A stretch of DNA of 64,000 nucleotides from Octopus vulgaris (taxonomy: Eukaryota), in NCBI GenBank assembly GCA_951406725.2, contig OX597819.1, positions 65,720,001-65,784,000 on the forward strand, read 5' to 3'. The translations under genes were made by a program, and so were the position numbers. The notes under the pieces were generated by a model, which worked only from the letters and a program-made list of their open reading frames with translations, did not search any database and was not told where the DNA came from. Positions 43,961 to 57,345 of this stretch are shown here, in pieces (within the stretch, counting starts at the first letter, position 1; every line of letters begins with the position of its first letter).

Positions 43961-44152
43961 TAGTTTTTTTATAGCGTGCTTCCACTTCACTACCGAGCGT
44001 AGCTCTGTGTGCCTTGGGTATGTGCTGTGGGTTGCTTTGATGCTCTTATGATTATTGTATTGAAAGTGTTTTGCGTAGGATGTGTGTAGTGCCCAGTTGT
44101 GCAATTTTCTGTGTTATATATATATTTGTAAGTCCTGGTGTTTTTTATAAAT
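43958..44152 (-). mobile_element. Dong/R4-clade LINE 3' end, copy 2
   Basis: Near-identical to 43711-43910 with the same 5' truncation point. Confidence 0.8.
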
Positions 44153-44834
44153 ATTATTATTATTATTATTGTTGTTGTTGTTCTTGCTGTTATTATTATT
44201 ATTATCATTATTATTATTTCGTATCTTCGACAGGTAAAACATATTATACCCAGCCAATACACCGGATAGTTATTCGTTCCGAATTGGATTGTATCTCACT
44301 TGAATGTTCTAACAGTCAATTGGAAAAACAAACAAATACCCGATAATAATAATAATAAAAATAATAATAACAATTACACAAATATGGGAAAATCTTCGTC
44401 TTTGGTAAGTTCTGAAAATTTTCATTTTCTTTTTTTTCTTTTCCAATATTTTAAAGATTTGTCAGAATATTTTGAATTACGTCGCCAATAGGCACAACTA
44501 AACATAACGTACTCAGAAACATACGTATAAAACGGTGCAAACAAAAATGATATGCACATTTCCTCATCTTATATTTTTATCTTTGACGTCCTCTTCTCCA
44601 TATGAATACGTTTGTCTAAACAAATACATTCATATTTTTATGATGGCGCATTAACATATGTTTACAATGCATCACACGGAAACATCATCTTTTACTAAGC
44701 AGATATGTTTGTGTGTGTATATGTGAGTGTGTGTGTATGTGTGTGGCTATATGTATGTATATATGTATGTATGCATGTATGTAGGTATGTGTGTGTATGT
44801 ATGTATTATGTAAATATGTATATATATGTGCACG

Positions 44835-44870
<36 letters not shown>

Positions 44871-45004
44871 CGTATATATGTACATATGTATGTCTGCATG
44901 CATGGTTGTATAAGTAAAGATAGGCACTCATATAGCATTCTATCTCTTCTTCACCCTATTTCTCTGTCTATCTATCTATCTGTCTATTTATTTATCTATC
45001 TTTG

Positions 45005-45239
45005 GTTCGCAATCACATGGTTCCAGGTTCAGTCCCGTTACGTGGTAGCTTGGGCTTGAGTTTTCTACTATAGCCTCGGTCCGATGAATACTTTGTCATT
45101 AGATTTTCTAGATGGAAACGCGAAACCATTTTCATACACACACACGCACGCACACACACACACACATACATACATACCTATATACACACACGCACACAGA
45201 CACACACACGCACAGACACACACACACACACACACACTT

Positions 45240-45270
<31 letters not shown>

Positions 45271-45465
45271 CAGGGTGGGGGGTTAATGTGTCTTTGTTTA
45301 TCGCGCAACCACCGTTTGAAATGAGGTGTTGGTGTGTTTACGTCCCATACCTAGCATAAGAACCAGGCTTTAAAGCTTGAGTACTGTGGTCGTTTCGTTC
45401 AAGAAATGAAAATTCTTCAAAGCGGTGCCCAAGCCTGACTGAAACAAATAAAAAATGAAAGAAAG
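45005..45465 (+). mobile_element. SINE family B with expanded internal (CA)n
   Basis: CACATGGTTCCAGGTTCAGTCCC...GACTGAAACAAATAAAA. Confidence 0.75.
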
Positions 45466-45719
45466 AAAGAACATATATGTGTATGTGCTTGTATGTGCGT
45501 ATGTATGCGTGCATGTATATATGTATTTATGTATGTATGTATGTAGGTTGGTGTGTATGTATATTAATCGATAGAATTTGATTCTGGGATATATTCCTTT
45601 AATAGTTTATAAACGTTTATTGGCTGCAGACTCCTTCATGCGTCTGTAATGAATATGTAACGAACTCATAGGAAAATTTATTCGATGTACGCATGTGTTC
45701 ATTGCACCGAACAGTTATT

Positions 45720-46330
45720 ACCAATCTCATTGGATTGTACACTTTAAATATACTCAAAAGAAGATTAACGTACTAAATTCCTCTCTATCCTAATCACAGT
45801 TAAATCATTTTCAATAACGCTAGCATACGCATCGAAGATAAATTAAGAAAGGATATGATCAAAATTTTCAGCTGTTTGGGTATAGAATATTGCTATGGGA
45901 TAAAAAAAAAATAATAAAAATAACGGTACCATAAAGAATATCCTAAATGTCACAAGCGTAATCAGAAAACCAAGAATCTCCCTTATATCAACAGAAGATC
46001 TATCATTCTCCATTGATTTCAGTACCTATATAAGACCGTACAAATAGATAATTTTCGCCCCAGCTTTTTGAGGACCACATAGTGTATACACCAACCAAGA
46101 AGTCCCTAAACTTTATTATCTCCCATGAAGTAAAAACAACGGAGAATCATCTAGCTCACTCATCCTATTCAATTAATGTAAAATCCAAAGGAGCTAAAAT
46201 TTTCATGAACGAAATAGACAAGTAAGCAACCACAAAGAAAATAAATTATTCAATAGGAACATCATTGAATATAGTTATAGTTGCACCATTAAATATGAGA
46301 AGTATTATAACACGCAAAACTACAAAATCA
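45720..46330 (+). pseudogene. Penelope-like element reverse transcriptase / linker remnant
   Basis: NASIRIEDKLRKDMIKIFSCLGIE, then YSINVKSKGAKIFMNEIDK and NKLFNRNIIEYSYSCT/NMRSII, matching PLE PP.S.NV.T......LIDKHF...KIFNRN..K.SYSC..N..SII; stops and frameshifts. Confidence 0.7.
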
Positions 46331-46849
46331 CTTGAAGAAGTAGTCAGAATCTTTGATGCTTGCCTGCAAAAAACGTTGCAATGTTAACACTTGTTTGCTT
46401 AACGGAATTTGAGCAGTTAAGTTGAACAAAATCTGTACAATCACTGAATATATAGAACTACGATGGCAAAACTTAAGACTAACTTTTACAATCATCATCT
46501 TCTTAAATTTGGAACGAACGAAAGTGAACACAACATAGAATCTCCGGTATGTCTCCAGTTAGAGTGACATGAAAAATTCTACAATGGACCGGCGGTAAAT
46601 AAAATGCAGCAGGATAATCTAATTTATGCTCTTAATAGAAAACCTTTATGTTGAAATATTCAATTCTACCGAATAACTACCTTTGTTAAAAATCCGAAAT
46701 CATCGGAAAATGTAGACACAAAGGGATGTATACCATGTATTTAAGTCAGAGCTATCTGGTACTGTCTGGTACTGCATATTTTCTTTTAATATTTCACTTC
46801 GTTACTGACATCTAAATGGTATTTCTTCCATTGAAATTATGTTGAAGTA

Positions 46850-46962
46850 GATCTTGCATTTCATCCTTTCGGGGTTGATAAAATAAGTACCAGATGTGCA
46901 AGTGGTCAACTTAATCAACAAGTCCCTTACCCCAAAATTTCAGGCCTTGTACCTATAGTAGA

Positions 46963-46968
<6 letters not shown>
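46850..46968 (+). mobile_element. SINE family A 3' part
   Basis: TTCATCCTTTCGGGGTTGATAAAATAAGTACCAG and short tail. Confidence 0.75.
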
Positions 46969-47009
<41 letters not shown>

Positions 47010-47639
47010 GTAGTAGTAGTAGTAGTAGTAGTAGCAGCAGCAGTTGTAGTAGTAGTAGTAGTAGTAGTAGTTGTTGTTGTTGTTGTTGTTTGTGCGCCGA
47101 ACAGCTAAAATTTTGTGAAATTTTACGGAGTCTTACATAAAACATTATTTCAGCTGCGTTAATAATCAAAATTAAAAGGAGGTATTTTGAACCAAAGTTC
47201 CGAAACTTTCTTTCGTATTCACAAGATCTTTGACTATTAGAAACTATTCTCCTACAATAAACCACAACCACCACCATTTTTATGAAACTAGAAGAATGCA
47301 CAAGAATACATAAATTGTTGCCTCTTGTTATTCTTTGTATTCAGACGTAAACAAAAACACAACCGTTAATTACCATGACAGGAAGGCCTAAGGTATAAAT
47401 AATAAATAGGAGAAATATGTTTTATATTGGGGCATAATGAAATGAAAGTAAAAATGTACCATTGCTAATTAAGTTTAATTGCGATTTATCCTGGGGTATA
47501 AATAACATATACTGTTACTTGAAATGAGCAGCAAAACAATCCGAAGACACAGTTTTCAGTGACTTAACTGGACTAGAGCTTCTCTTAATGCTTCTTATGT
47601 CTTCTCGGATACTGACAGGCAGACAGTCCGAGACAAATA

Positions 47640-47847
<208 letters not shown>

Positions 47848-49440
47848 TGTTTCTTTATTAGCCACACAAGGCTGGACACAGACAGGACAAATTACAAGGT
47901 AGAGCTTTTCTTTTGGGGGTAAAAAAGGGGGTTTGGTTTTCGATCAAAAGGGATCGTAAAAGGAAAGAAAGAGGACAAAAAAGGTGGGGATAACATTTTT
48001 AAAAAATGTGAAAAGGAAAAAAATTGATCAATAGGGATCGTTATCACAGAAATATCAATATGAAGTGTAAAGGGGAGAACAGGTGAAGTTTACCCGTGGA
48101 AAGAAAAGCCGACGGAAAAGACCACGGTAACGTCGGTCAATGAAGTCACATGTTATATTTTTTTTTACAAATAAGCAACTCTCTGTATTAATTTTTACGG
48201 TTCATAGGATCATAGTCAAAGTGGCCTCGTCATTCATACGTGCCATCCTTGCTACATTCACCCATCTTTTTTTAAAACATTCACTAGACAAAACTTGCCT
48301 CTCTACTCACTTTCCTCTTCAAGTGATACTTGAAGAAGTTGATGAGAGATTGACCAGAGAGGAAAGTGTTTGTCTCTAATCCTTTCAGGCGCGTCCACCA
48401 GATACATTCTTTCGCCATAGCCACAAGTATGATAAAAATAGCTCTTCCTTCCCGTTTGAAGGAAGGAGGCGTGACGATATTAACGATAGACTCGGCTGAT
48501 AAACCGACACGTCCCACACGTGACAGCAGTCGTTCGACATAAGCCCACAGGTCGGTAATTGTTGGACACTGCACGATTGCGTGCAGAACGGTTTCGTCGC
48601 TCTGACCGCATCTCAGGCAGGTCGGCTCCGTGTTTCTCGAGCCATGCCTATAGAGCTTATCCCGAACGGATAGCGCTTCTCGGTAGCACCGCCAGGTCAG
48701 GGATCTCTGGAAGTTGTCCATAGATCCCGGCCCGAAAGTCGTTTCAAACAAGCAGGTCAGGTATTCCTCGTCGACGCCCAGGTTTGCCCCAAGATCGTCG
48801 TCGTTCCTCCCCCCCCCCCCCCCCCACTAATCCCCTATAGAATGCTTTGGTTGTGTTGAAGTCACTCAAGGTCGACCCGGGACGGCAGAGTTGCTTCAGA
48901 GCAACGCGACACTCGCGGTGCCATTCGCCCATCCTCCGCCTCTTTTTGATCCACGACTGCAGTTCGGTCATGGAGACGAGCTGCGGGAAAGCGTGCCTCA
49001 CAAACGGCGACCACACCTGTTCACCGTCGTCTACATAGAGCCGGAGATGTCGCAGTCTCAGCGCGTGTCTGCGCATCATCAACCACGGCATGCCCAGCCC
49101 TCCTTTTAACGGGTGTTGACAGCAAATGGATCGCCTGACCATCGGGGGCGCATCCTTTCCACAAGAAGCGGAAGAGAATGCGTTCTAGTTTGGTGATGGT
49201 AGGGTCGAGACAAGGTACGACGGTCAGGCGGTAGTACATGATGGATGCGATGTACGTGTTCGCCACCTCCGCCCGACCTTTTAGGGACAGTTTCCTCTCG
49301 GCCCATTGCCAGGCGATAGTGACCACCCTACTCGTTATCTCGTTCCCGTTCTTCACCATTTGGAGGTCCGGACCGAACCAGACCCCGAGCAACTCAACCG
49401 GGCCGTCCGTCCAGCGTCCCACGACGGAGGTACTGGTGGA
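47848..49440 (-). mobile_element. 5'-truncated Tx1/L1-clade LINE (ORF2 RT C-terminus, zf-RVT, 3' UTR), frameshifted
   Basis: Three overlapping minus ORFs give LLGVWFG, LSLKGRAEVANTYIASIMYY, FRFLWKG, KGGLGMP, WRCYREALSVRDKL and CLRCGQSDETVLHAIVQC; AATAAA at 47859-47854; high GC relative to the flanks. Confidence 0.9.
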
Positions 49441-49442
49441 TT

Positions 49443-49493
<51 letters not shown>

Positions 49494-49594
49494 TGATAGA
49501 TAGATTGATAGATAGATAGACAGACAATCAGACAGACTGACAGATAGATTGATAGATAGATAGACAGACAATCAGACAGACTGACACATAGATT

Positions 49595-49628
<34 letters not shown>

Positions 49629-49648
49629 CAAACAGACATGCAGATAGA
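49441..49648. repeat. (GATA)n/(GACA)n array at the LINE 5' junction
   Basis: Directly visible. Confidence 0.95.
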
Positions 49649-49910
49649 TATATTCCCATTGGATGTGGTGTATTTAGTCGGTTTTTATTAACACAACGAC
49701 ATGAACCGTAGATTAGCGTGTAAATGGTAGTGAATTCCATCGATATATCATTCTAAAACCGAATCCCTGTGACATAGTCTTTGATAACATGTTTGGGTAT
49801 TTGAATTACAAGAACAATCCATACGATGGGATTCCACACAGTTTCTATATACGAATATACGTAGCAATGGTATGATATATAAATAAAATGTCGCGAAATG
49901 GAATCAAATT

Positions 49911-50012
49911 CAACACCTTATGACGATGAAGGCTGTAGGGTATATCAGCCGAAACGTTGTGTTAACATCAAACAAGATGAGTACAAATATCCGTCAAATG
50001 TAAATAATGTAC
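49911..50012 (+). mobile_element. Penelope-like pLTR fragment with a decayed minimal hammerhead
   Basis: AACAC-CTTATGA(CGATGA)-A-GGCTG-loop-CAGCC-GAAACGTT-GTGTT: stems I and II and a palindromic stem III are present, core mutated. Confidence 0.55.
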
Positions 50013-50091
50013 CTCACGACGATGACAGACATATCCTTAATCTTTTAGCCTTGTTGCATTCTGACAGAGTGACTGATATATATATAAGGTG

Positions 50092-50472
50092 GTGGCGCTC
50101 CGTCAGTTATGACGACGAGGGTTCCAGATGATCCGATCAACGGAACAACCTGCTCGTGAAATTAACGTACAAGTGGCTGAGCACTCCACAGACACGTATA
50201 CCCTTAACGTAGTTCTCGGGGAGATTCTGCGTGATACAGAGTGTGGAATGGCTGGCCCATTGAAATACAGGTACAACAGAAACAGGAAGAAAGATTGAGA
50301 GAAAGTTGTGGTGAAAGAGTACAGCAAGGGTTCGCCATCACCCCCCGCTGGAGCCTTGAGGAGCTTAAGATGTTTTCGCTCAATAAACACTCACTACGCT
50401 CGGTCTGAGAATCGAAACCGCGATTCTACCACCGCGAGTCCGCTGCCTTAACCACTGGGCCATTGCACCTCC
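50092..50472 (-). mobile_element. SINE family C, full length
   Basis: Minus TGGCCCAGTGGTTAAGGC and GGTTTCGATTC Pol III box-like motifs; homologous to 23435-23785. Confidence 0.88.
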
Positions 50473-51351
50473 ACACACACACGCACACACGCACACACGC
50501 ACATAAATAAGGTATCAAACAAAGGAAAAAAATTCCTTCAAAGGGGTGTGTAAAACATTCAATTCAGTGGTATGTTGATTGAATACTTCATAAATATGGG
50601 TATAATGCAAATTACAAACAATAAATTAAATAAAGAGATTCAATTAACAATCCGGTAAATTAATTATATTATAATACGACACAACATGCTGTGAATATAA
50701 TATAATATAATATCATATAACAAACAATTATTTAGACAACCAAACAAGCCAACAATTTGTTTCGACTTATATACATTTTTTGATACAGAAGCAATCCAAT
50801 TTCCTTATATATAAGACGACGTATGACCATTCAGCTTTTGCCGCACGACCTAATGATTTGTTTATAGTCGTCAAATGTATGCGCTGTACAATTAGCTCAT
50901 TCCCTCCATCAAATCGACATTATCTGAACTGTTGCACGGTGTGCCAAGCGTCAGATATCTAAAAATCGAAACCACGAACCCGCAATCATGAATGTAGCAG
51001 CCTAAGCACAAGGCCATGCGACCAAAGAGAAAGTGAATTTCAGCGATCTTCTCCTTTGCAGGCCCATGAAATATGAATATCCACTAACTACTGTGCCTAT
51101 ATATCTGTACGCACCTGTCAATGCCGTGTAAGATGTAAGGTCTGCAAATCTAAATATGGCTTCAAAAGACATTTTAAGATCCACAAAGATCAGGACCTAG
51201 CTGGTGCTCTTGGTGATCCAAATCAGAAATGAAATTTATATGTTTGTCTTTTCAAAACATTGTCTGGTTTTAAAAGCCACATTGGACGCCATGATAGATC
51301 TAAGGCGTAAGTACAAGAGGTGGTCAGATCTGCCTATGGAGTAGACAACCA

Positions 51352-51411
<60 letters not shown>

Positions 51412-53323
51412 AGAGAGAGAGAGAGAGAGAGATAAAATACGAAGAGAGAAATAGAGGTTAATGTAATTAGGCAAGACAATTGGATTATATTTTAAGGTTA
51501 CACTTTATTTACATTAGATCTTGCTTTTGAAAGATAATATATGTCGATATTACATTTGAATGACTGCCTAAGATGAGGGATATATATATATATATGATAA
51601 TATATATGTATGAGGGATATATATATGTAACACATTCACATTTACCGAACGGTCATAACTGTATGACGAATATCTTTAAAAGCAAAGGAGGTATAATAAT
51701 TATGAAACGAAGGCTGTAGGGTAGCAAAGTCCATAGCTGTATGGTGGCCAAGTACCTTGCTGTATTTAATGTCATAGCTTTACATTCCGTGTTCCAATTA
51801 TCCTGAGGTTAAATTCATGTTCTTTTGGAGGTCCATGAAGTAAAGTAAGTTGAAGTAATTACCTTCACCATTTCCAGCAAACGAATGAGTCTTATGTTTT
51901 AGCAATTAATCAATATTTAATTATTCTCTTTTATATTTTGAATTGATATCCGTCGCGGTCAGCTTAAACTTTCATCTTTCTCGTTGTCGATAAAATAAGT
52001 ACACGTTAAGTGGAATTGTGGCGGTGACCCAGCATGGCCACAGTCCAATGACTAAAAGCAGTTAAAGAACAAAAGATCCGTGCCAATTTTAGAAATAAAT
52101 TTTATCACAAATACCGCCTTTTAATTTGAGTCTGCGTCTAAAGAAGAAATCGATATTATCGCAAAAGTAATTGTTAATGCAACGTATCTAAGCACGGTTG
52201 TTTGTTTGCCTACGGGGAGAAGGCGGAGTACCCGTGTCTGTGTGTGTGTGAGAGAGAGCGGGAGAGATAGATAGAGACATAGAGAGAGAGAACACGTCTG
52301 TGTGTATGTGTTTCTGTTCGTGTATAAAAAATAACATGTTTCTCAGATAAATGCCATTACAATGTAACTAACGTCTACTGATCATCATTTGTCTTTGAGA
52401 TCTTCAACTTTTCAACAAGGTATCATTGTTCTGTATTATAGATCCTAAAGAAAAAAAATCAAGATGACTGCCGCCATGAATTATTTCATTATACGTAGAA
52501 TTAGCAATCTAAGCCGTTAGATTACGGTTAGTACTCGACGTTAGAGTCTGCCGCCACTCCGCATAACTTACCAATATTTTATTTAAAATATAAGTGTGAT
52601 GAAAGTTGATTCGTTACGTCTAGTGTTTTTCTACAGCTTTATATGTGATCAGCTAATGGCAGAATGATATAAATATGACTCTGAGGCAGACGAAGCTAAT
52701 GCAGTAAAGCTGGCTTTCCATAATTTCACAGCCACATTTGTCGTCTGCCGAAAAAACATGGCCTCCTCAGTATGAATGGATGTTACTCGATGAAGTACTT
52801 TTGAATGCTACCATGTTGCAATACTTTCTGAAAGCAAGTTCTACCTACCTCACTGCAAAATGCAATGCATATAACAATGAGGGGAATAGAATTGACTTTT
52901 ATTTAGGTAAGCTTTTTGGGCACATTTACAGTTTCATGCGGATGCGTATGGCAAATAGGTTAGAGAAACAATCTTCCATTTGGCCACGCTGCCACTACTT
53001 ACAGTGTTGTGTTTGGTCTATCATACACTCTTTGATTATGACTAAATGGCAGCGAACTACTTTTCTGTATTAAACTCTGTTTACTTGACCTCAGAGATAA
53101 AATCTTCCCGAGGTCAGTTTTGCCTTTCGTAACTTTGCGGAGGTGATGAACAAAATACGAGTCAGGATCGGTGGAATGTTGGTTGTGATGCCTTGCAGTA
53201 TCCGTTCCGGCTCTTTGAATTTTGAGTTCAATTTCTAAAGTAGGCTCTAACACCATCATTTGATCCTGTGGTGCTTTGACAAAACCCTTCTAATTGTAAT
53301 CATCCGGGCCTAGTCGCTGCTTT

Positions 53324-53662
53324 GTGGTACGGATTCCATGGACAGCGAGGCTCACCAATGGAGAAGTTCTTAAGCAGATCAGGCCGAAAATGTCGCTAGA
53401 AGCTAGGATCACCAAGCATATATTGGCATATTTCAGTCATATTATGCAGAGAAAATCCCTGGAGAAGGACATCATGCTCGGAATGGTCAGTGGGCAAGAG
53501 AGGAAGAGGCCGACCAAGAACCCGCTGGCTTGACACCATCAAGAGTGATATCGGAATGGAAATAGCCAGTCTGAAAGAAGCGGCCCAGGATAGAACTGAC
53601 TGGAGGACACTGATCCAACGAGTAACCGAGAGTCGACTTCGACTGAGCGGATAGATAGATAG
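53324..53662 (+). pseudogene. RTE-clade (BovB-like) LINE 3' fragment
   Basis: RIPWTARLTNGEVL...YFSHIMQRKSLEKDIMLGMVSG / RGRPRTRWLDTIK...AQDRTDWRTLIQRVTESRLRL with one frameshift; GATA tail. Confidence 0.88.
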
Positions 53663-53756
53663 TATGCATCCATTACGCAATCACGGATACTCTGTAAAGT
53701 GTTATGGTTCTACCTTCCGTTATAACTAAGCAGTAAAACGTATGGTATCGCTGCAA

Positions 53757-54143
53757 TCTTTTCTACTCTAGGCACGAAGCCCGAAATTTTGTGGGAGGGA
53801 GCCAGTGGATTATATCGACCCCAGTATGCAACAGTTACTTAATTTAACAAGCCCGAAAGGCAAAATCGATCTCAGCGGAATTTGGACTCAAAACGCAAAG
53901 ACAGACAAAATACCTATTTCTTTACTACCCAGAAGGGGCTAAACACAGAGAGGACAAACAAGGACAGACAAACGGATTAAGTCGATTATATCGACCCTAA
54001 TGCGTAACTGGTACTTATTTAATCGACCTCGAAAGGATGAAAGGCAAAGTCGACCTCCGCGGAATTTGAACTCAGAACGTAACAGCAGACAAAATACGGC
54101 TAAGCATTTCGCCCGGCGTGCTGACGTTTCTGCCAGCTCACCG
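53757..54143 (-). mobile_element. SINE family A composite/dimeric form
   Basis: Same architecture and junction as 695-1083. Confidence 0.85.
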
Positions 54144-54734
54144 TTTTGGTATGGCTGCCTTCTGAGTGAAGAATATATACGAACTCGTAACTCTTTCGAA
54201 TGGTTGTAGATCGTGATTTTCACCCTTCATATCAATATGGTCATCTTTTTATATTCTCTTTAAAAAAAATTAAACAAAATTTAACAAATAAGCAAGCAAA
54301 CCTACACAAATAGTTCAACAATATTATCTATAAACACCACGCAGAAATATTTCCCTGAATATGAAAATAAAACAAAATAAACAAACAACTAAAATATAAC
54401 GAAAAGAAAAAAAGCTTTCTAAGCATGATATCATTTTGATGGAGGTGCACGTTTGAAAATTGAGACAATAGAGAAATAAAAATAAGCAGAAAATTAGCAT
54501 AAAAAATTCTCATAGGAAAAAAAATTCTTTGAAACCTCGTCCGTTAATATTAATAATAAAATTTTTGATAATATTGGCAAAAAAAGAACAGAAAAGAAAG
54601 AAAATACAACTGTGTCTAGATACTTCCGTTATGTCTTTATAAATGTCACTCCATCGTGACAAACGTGTGACCTTTATAACATTTTTCATATCGTGTTGGG
54701 GGAAAATATTTACAAAAGGCAAAAACAAAGATAA

Positions 54735-54926
54735 ATTAATAATAATAATAATGATAATAAAAATAATAATAATAACAAAAATAATAATAATAACAAAAAT
54801 AATAATAATGATAATAATAACAATAATAATAATAAGAAGAATGATAATAACAACAACAATTAAAAACAATGTGTGAGGAAAAACTAATGAAACGTGTATA
54901 ATTATAGATTTTTTGTAACGGTATTC

Positions 54927-54988
<62 letters not shown>

Positions 54989-55261
54989 GTAGTAGTAGTA
55001 GTAGTAGTAGCAGTAGTAGCTGTTGTTCCTTCCGAATTCACATCTTCATTCATAATCGAAAAAAAGCACCGTGTGCCTGAGATATGTGCTATGGTGTTTT
55101 TTTTTTAAATGAATTTTTTTGGGCTGTTTTTATTTTTGTAATTACTTTTTTCTTTTGTTTTTCTCAGCATCTTTTGTTTAAATTTCGCATTTTCAAGAAT
55201 AAATTTATTAGATTTCTTTTAAAATTTATATTATCAAGTTCATCTTAATCAGCATTATTAC

Positions 55262-55304
<43 letters not shown>

Positions 55305-55332
55305 ATATTATTATTTCATTATTATTTTTATT

Positions 55333-55363
<31 letters not shown>

Positions 55364-55758
55364 TTATTATCATTATTATTTTGTTATTATCGATTTATTA
55401 CTATTGTTTTCGTTATTAATTCCATAAATAATCATCATCAACCATCATGACCATCATTATATCATCACCATCGTCATCATCATTCCCACCACCAACATCA
55501 TCCCCATACTCAGCGACATAACCAGCACCATCATCGTCAGCACCACCAACACCCCTACCACCGCTGCCACCACCAACATCATCATCATCATCATCATCAC
55601 CGTCATCATCACCATCGCCATTATTGCGTGCTCGTGCTCATCATATTGTACGCTGGCCACGCATAACGTACTTTTCTATTTTATTCGTTTCTGCTGTTTT
55701 CCCATATTGGTCTTTCTTTTACATTTTATTCACGATCCTGTGTGTAAATTGTGACCAA

Positions 55759-55827
<69 letters not shown>

Positions 55828-55875
55828 CGTTATTATCATTATTATCATTATTTTTCATTATTATCATTATTTCTC

Positions 55876-55906
<31 letters not shown>

Positions 55907-55950
55907 GCAACAACATCAGCAACAACAACGACGACGATGATGATGATAGC
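54735..55950. repeat. (AAT)/(ATT)/(CAT/CAC) microsatellite cluster
   Basis: Directly visible. Confidence 0.9.
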
Positions 55951-56281
55951 GTGCGTGTTTCCATTGCATAATCGAGCAGAAACTCTGCCTGCCTAAGGCT
56001 CATGCTTTCATTTTCCTTTCCAAATATTGGCCATTCTCTTTGTAAATTGTGTGAAGTGTCTTGTAGTGCAGAATTTTATGAAATGGCGTTGTTTGTTTTT
56101 TTCAATAAAGGAAATCTTCTTCAAAGTCAGTGGGATGGATTCGGATAAAAGCAATACAATTCCGTACGATGGTACATATGATGCTGCCGTTTCCTCTTTG
56201 TATATTTTGTGTTCAAATACAAGTTTAAGATCCACTTGGTCAGATGAACACTTGTTAGAAAAGGAAAATATGGCTTCCAGT

Positions 56282-56520
56282 TACGAGGTGGTATCAAAAA
56301 TTTTGCGGACTAGTTATGTTTAATAAGCAAAAGATTAACTCATTTACCTAAGTTTTTAGAATCTCCTTTGAAATAGTCTCGTTGCGCAGCAATACATCAG
56401 ACCCAACGATCCTGCCCCTTTTGGAATCTAGCCTGGAAGTCGTTTTCCGTAAGGGAGTGGAGGATCTTCTGCGATTCGCTCTGGACCTCGACAACGGTGT
56501 TAAAACGGTGACATTTGAGC
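56282..56520 (-). mobile_element. Mariner 3' end (TIR and transposase C-terminus), abutting a SINE
   Basis: TACGAGG TIR start; minus LKCHRFNTVVEVQSESQKILHSLTENDFQARF...RW..CIAAQRDYFKGD. Confidence 0.8.
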
Positions 56521-56529
56521 ATAATGTTT

Positions 56530-56668
56530 AAATTCCGCCGAGGTGGACTTTGCCTTTCATCCTTTCGGGGTCTATAAATTAAGTATCAGTGGAACACTGG
56601 GGTCGATCTAATCGACTTGTCCCCTCTCCACAAATCGGAGGCCTTGTGCCTCTAGTAGAAACGATTAT
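56530..56668 (+). mobile_element. SINE family A 3' part
   Basis: AAATTCCGCCGAGG core and short tail. Confidence 0.85.
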
Positions 56669-56804
56669 TTGTCCACAGAGGGACAAATAAACGTTTCTAC
56701 TAGAGGCATACACACATACATATCTATCTATCTATGTATCTGTCTGTCTATCTACAGTTTTTCTCTACACAGTTTTCTCACTCCATTTTTTCTCGTACTG
56801 TCTC

Positions 56805-56952
56805 CATTTTTTCCTCTTGTTCCTTTCTGTCGAAGAGCGTAGGCATGAAACGTAAAAGGCATTGCTCTTTTTCCCGACCGTGAAACTAATACATCTCCTT
56901 GTTGTTCCTACACCTGTCTTCGTCTTTTGTTTTCTGTTTTTAGTTTAAACTA
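56805..56952 (+). mobile_element. Hammerhead-like repeat of about 140 bp, copy 2
   Basis: CCTTT-CTGTCGA-A-GAGC-GTAG-GCAT-GAAACGTA-AAAGG. Confidence 0.7.
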
Positions 56953-56977
56953 TGTATGTATGTATATATATATATAT

Positions 56978-57345
56978 ATCAGCAAAACGCCCCCTCCCCC
57001 GTCCAATGGACGGTGCTGGGTTGTCAAACATTTAAACCAAATTTTCTCAAAACAATCTGTCTGATCGTCCCATAGGCCTTCGCTTTGAGAAACACTGATT
57101 TAACCTGAATTTGAGACACCGGCAAAAGAAGAAATAAAGATAGACGATTTTACAAATGCTTGTTCCCACGGCTTTATCGATCGCATTCTCACCTGGAATC
57201 GACTTTTGTAATTTTTTCAAGACTTATACACGCTCTGATACCGTCGGTATGTACATATCAAATTTGAGCGCAATCGGATGGAGGATGCCCGAGATCCTAG
57301 AAGACACACACACAGACAGACAGAACGGATTTTATATAATATATA
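56978..57345 (+). mobile_element. Non-autonomous Helitron/Helentron-like element
   Basis: 5' hairpin CCGTCC-AAT-GGACGG; 3' AAATTTGAGCGCAATCGGAT...(ACAG)n...TTTTATATA architecture like Lep1/DINE-type elements. Confidence 0.5.

Noticed and set aside
48284-49527. Active LINE or host gene
   Set aside because: 5'-truncated (no endonuclease or RT catalytic core visible) and broken by frameshifts, including a poly-G expansion near 48810
50400-50472. tRNA gene
   Set aside because: The tRNA-like boxes are the head of a SINE that continues into 300 bp shared with 23435-23785; the same applies to the heads of families A and B
52684-52750. miR-2-like hairpin (TCACAGCC within GGCAGACGA...TCGTCTGCC)
   Set aside because: Only a 9-bp outer stem pairs cleanly, large asymmetric bulges are needed, and the seed context is TTCACAG rather than ATCACAG
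52738-53073. 111-aa non-repetitive ORF / possible exon 52637-52906
   Set aside because: No recognisable domain; the putative exon has stops in all three frames near its 5' end; could be non-coding but is unsupported
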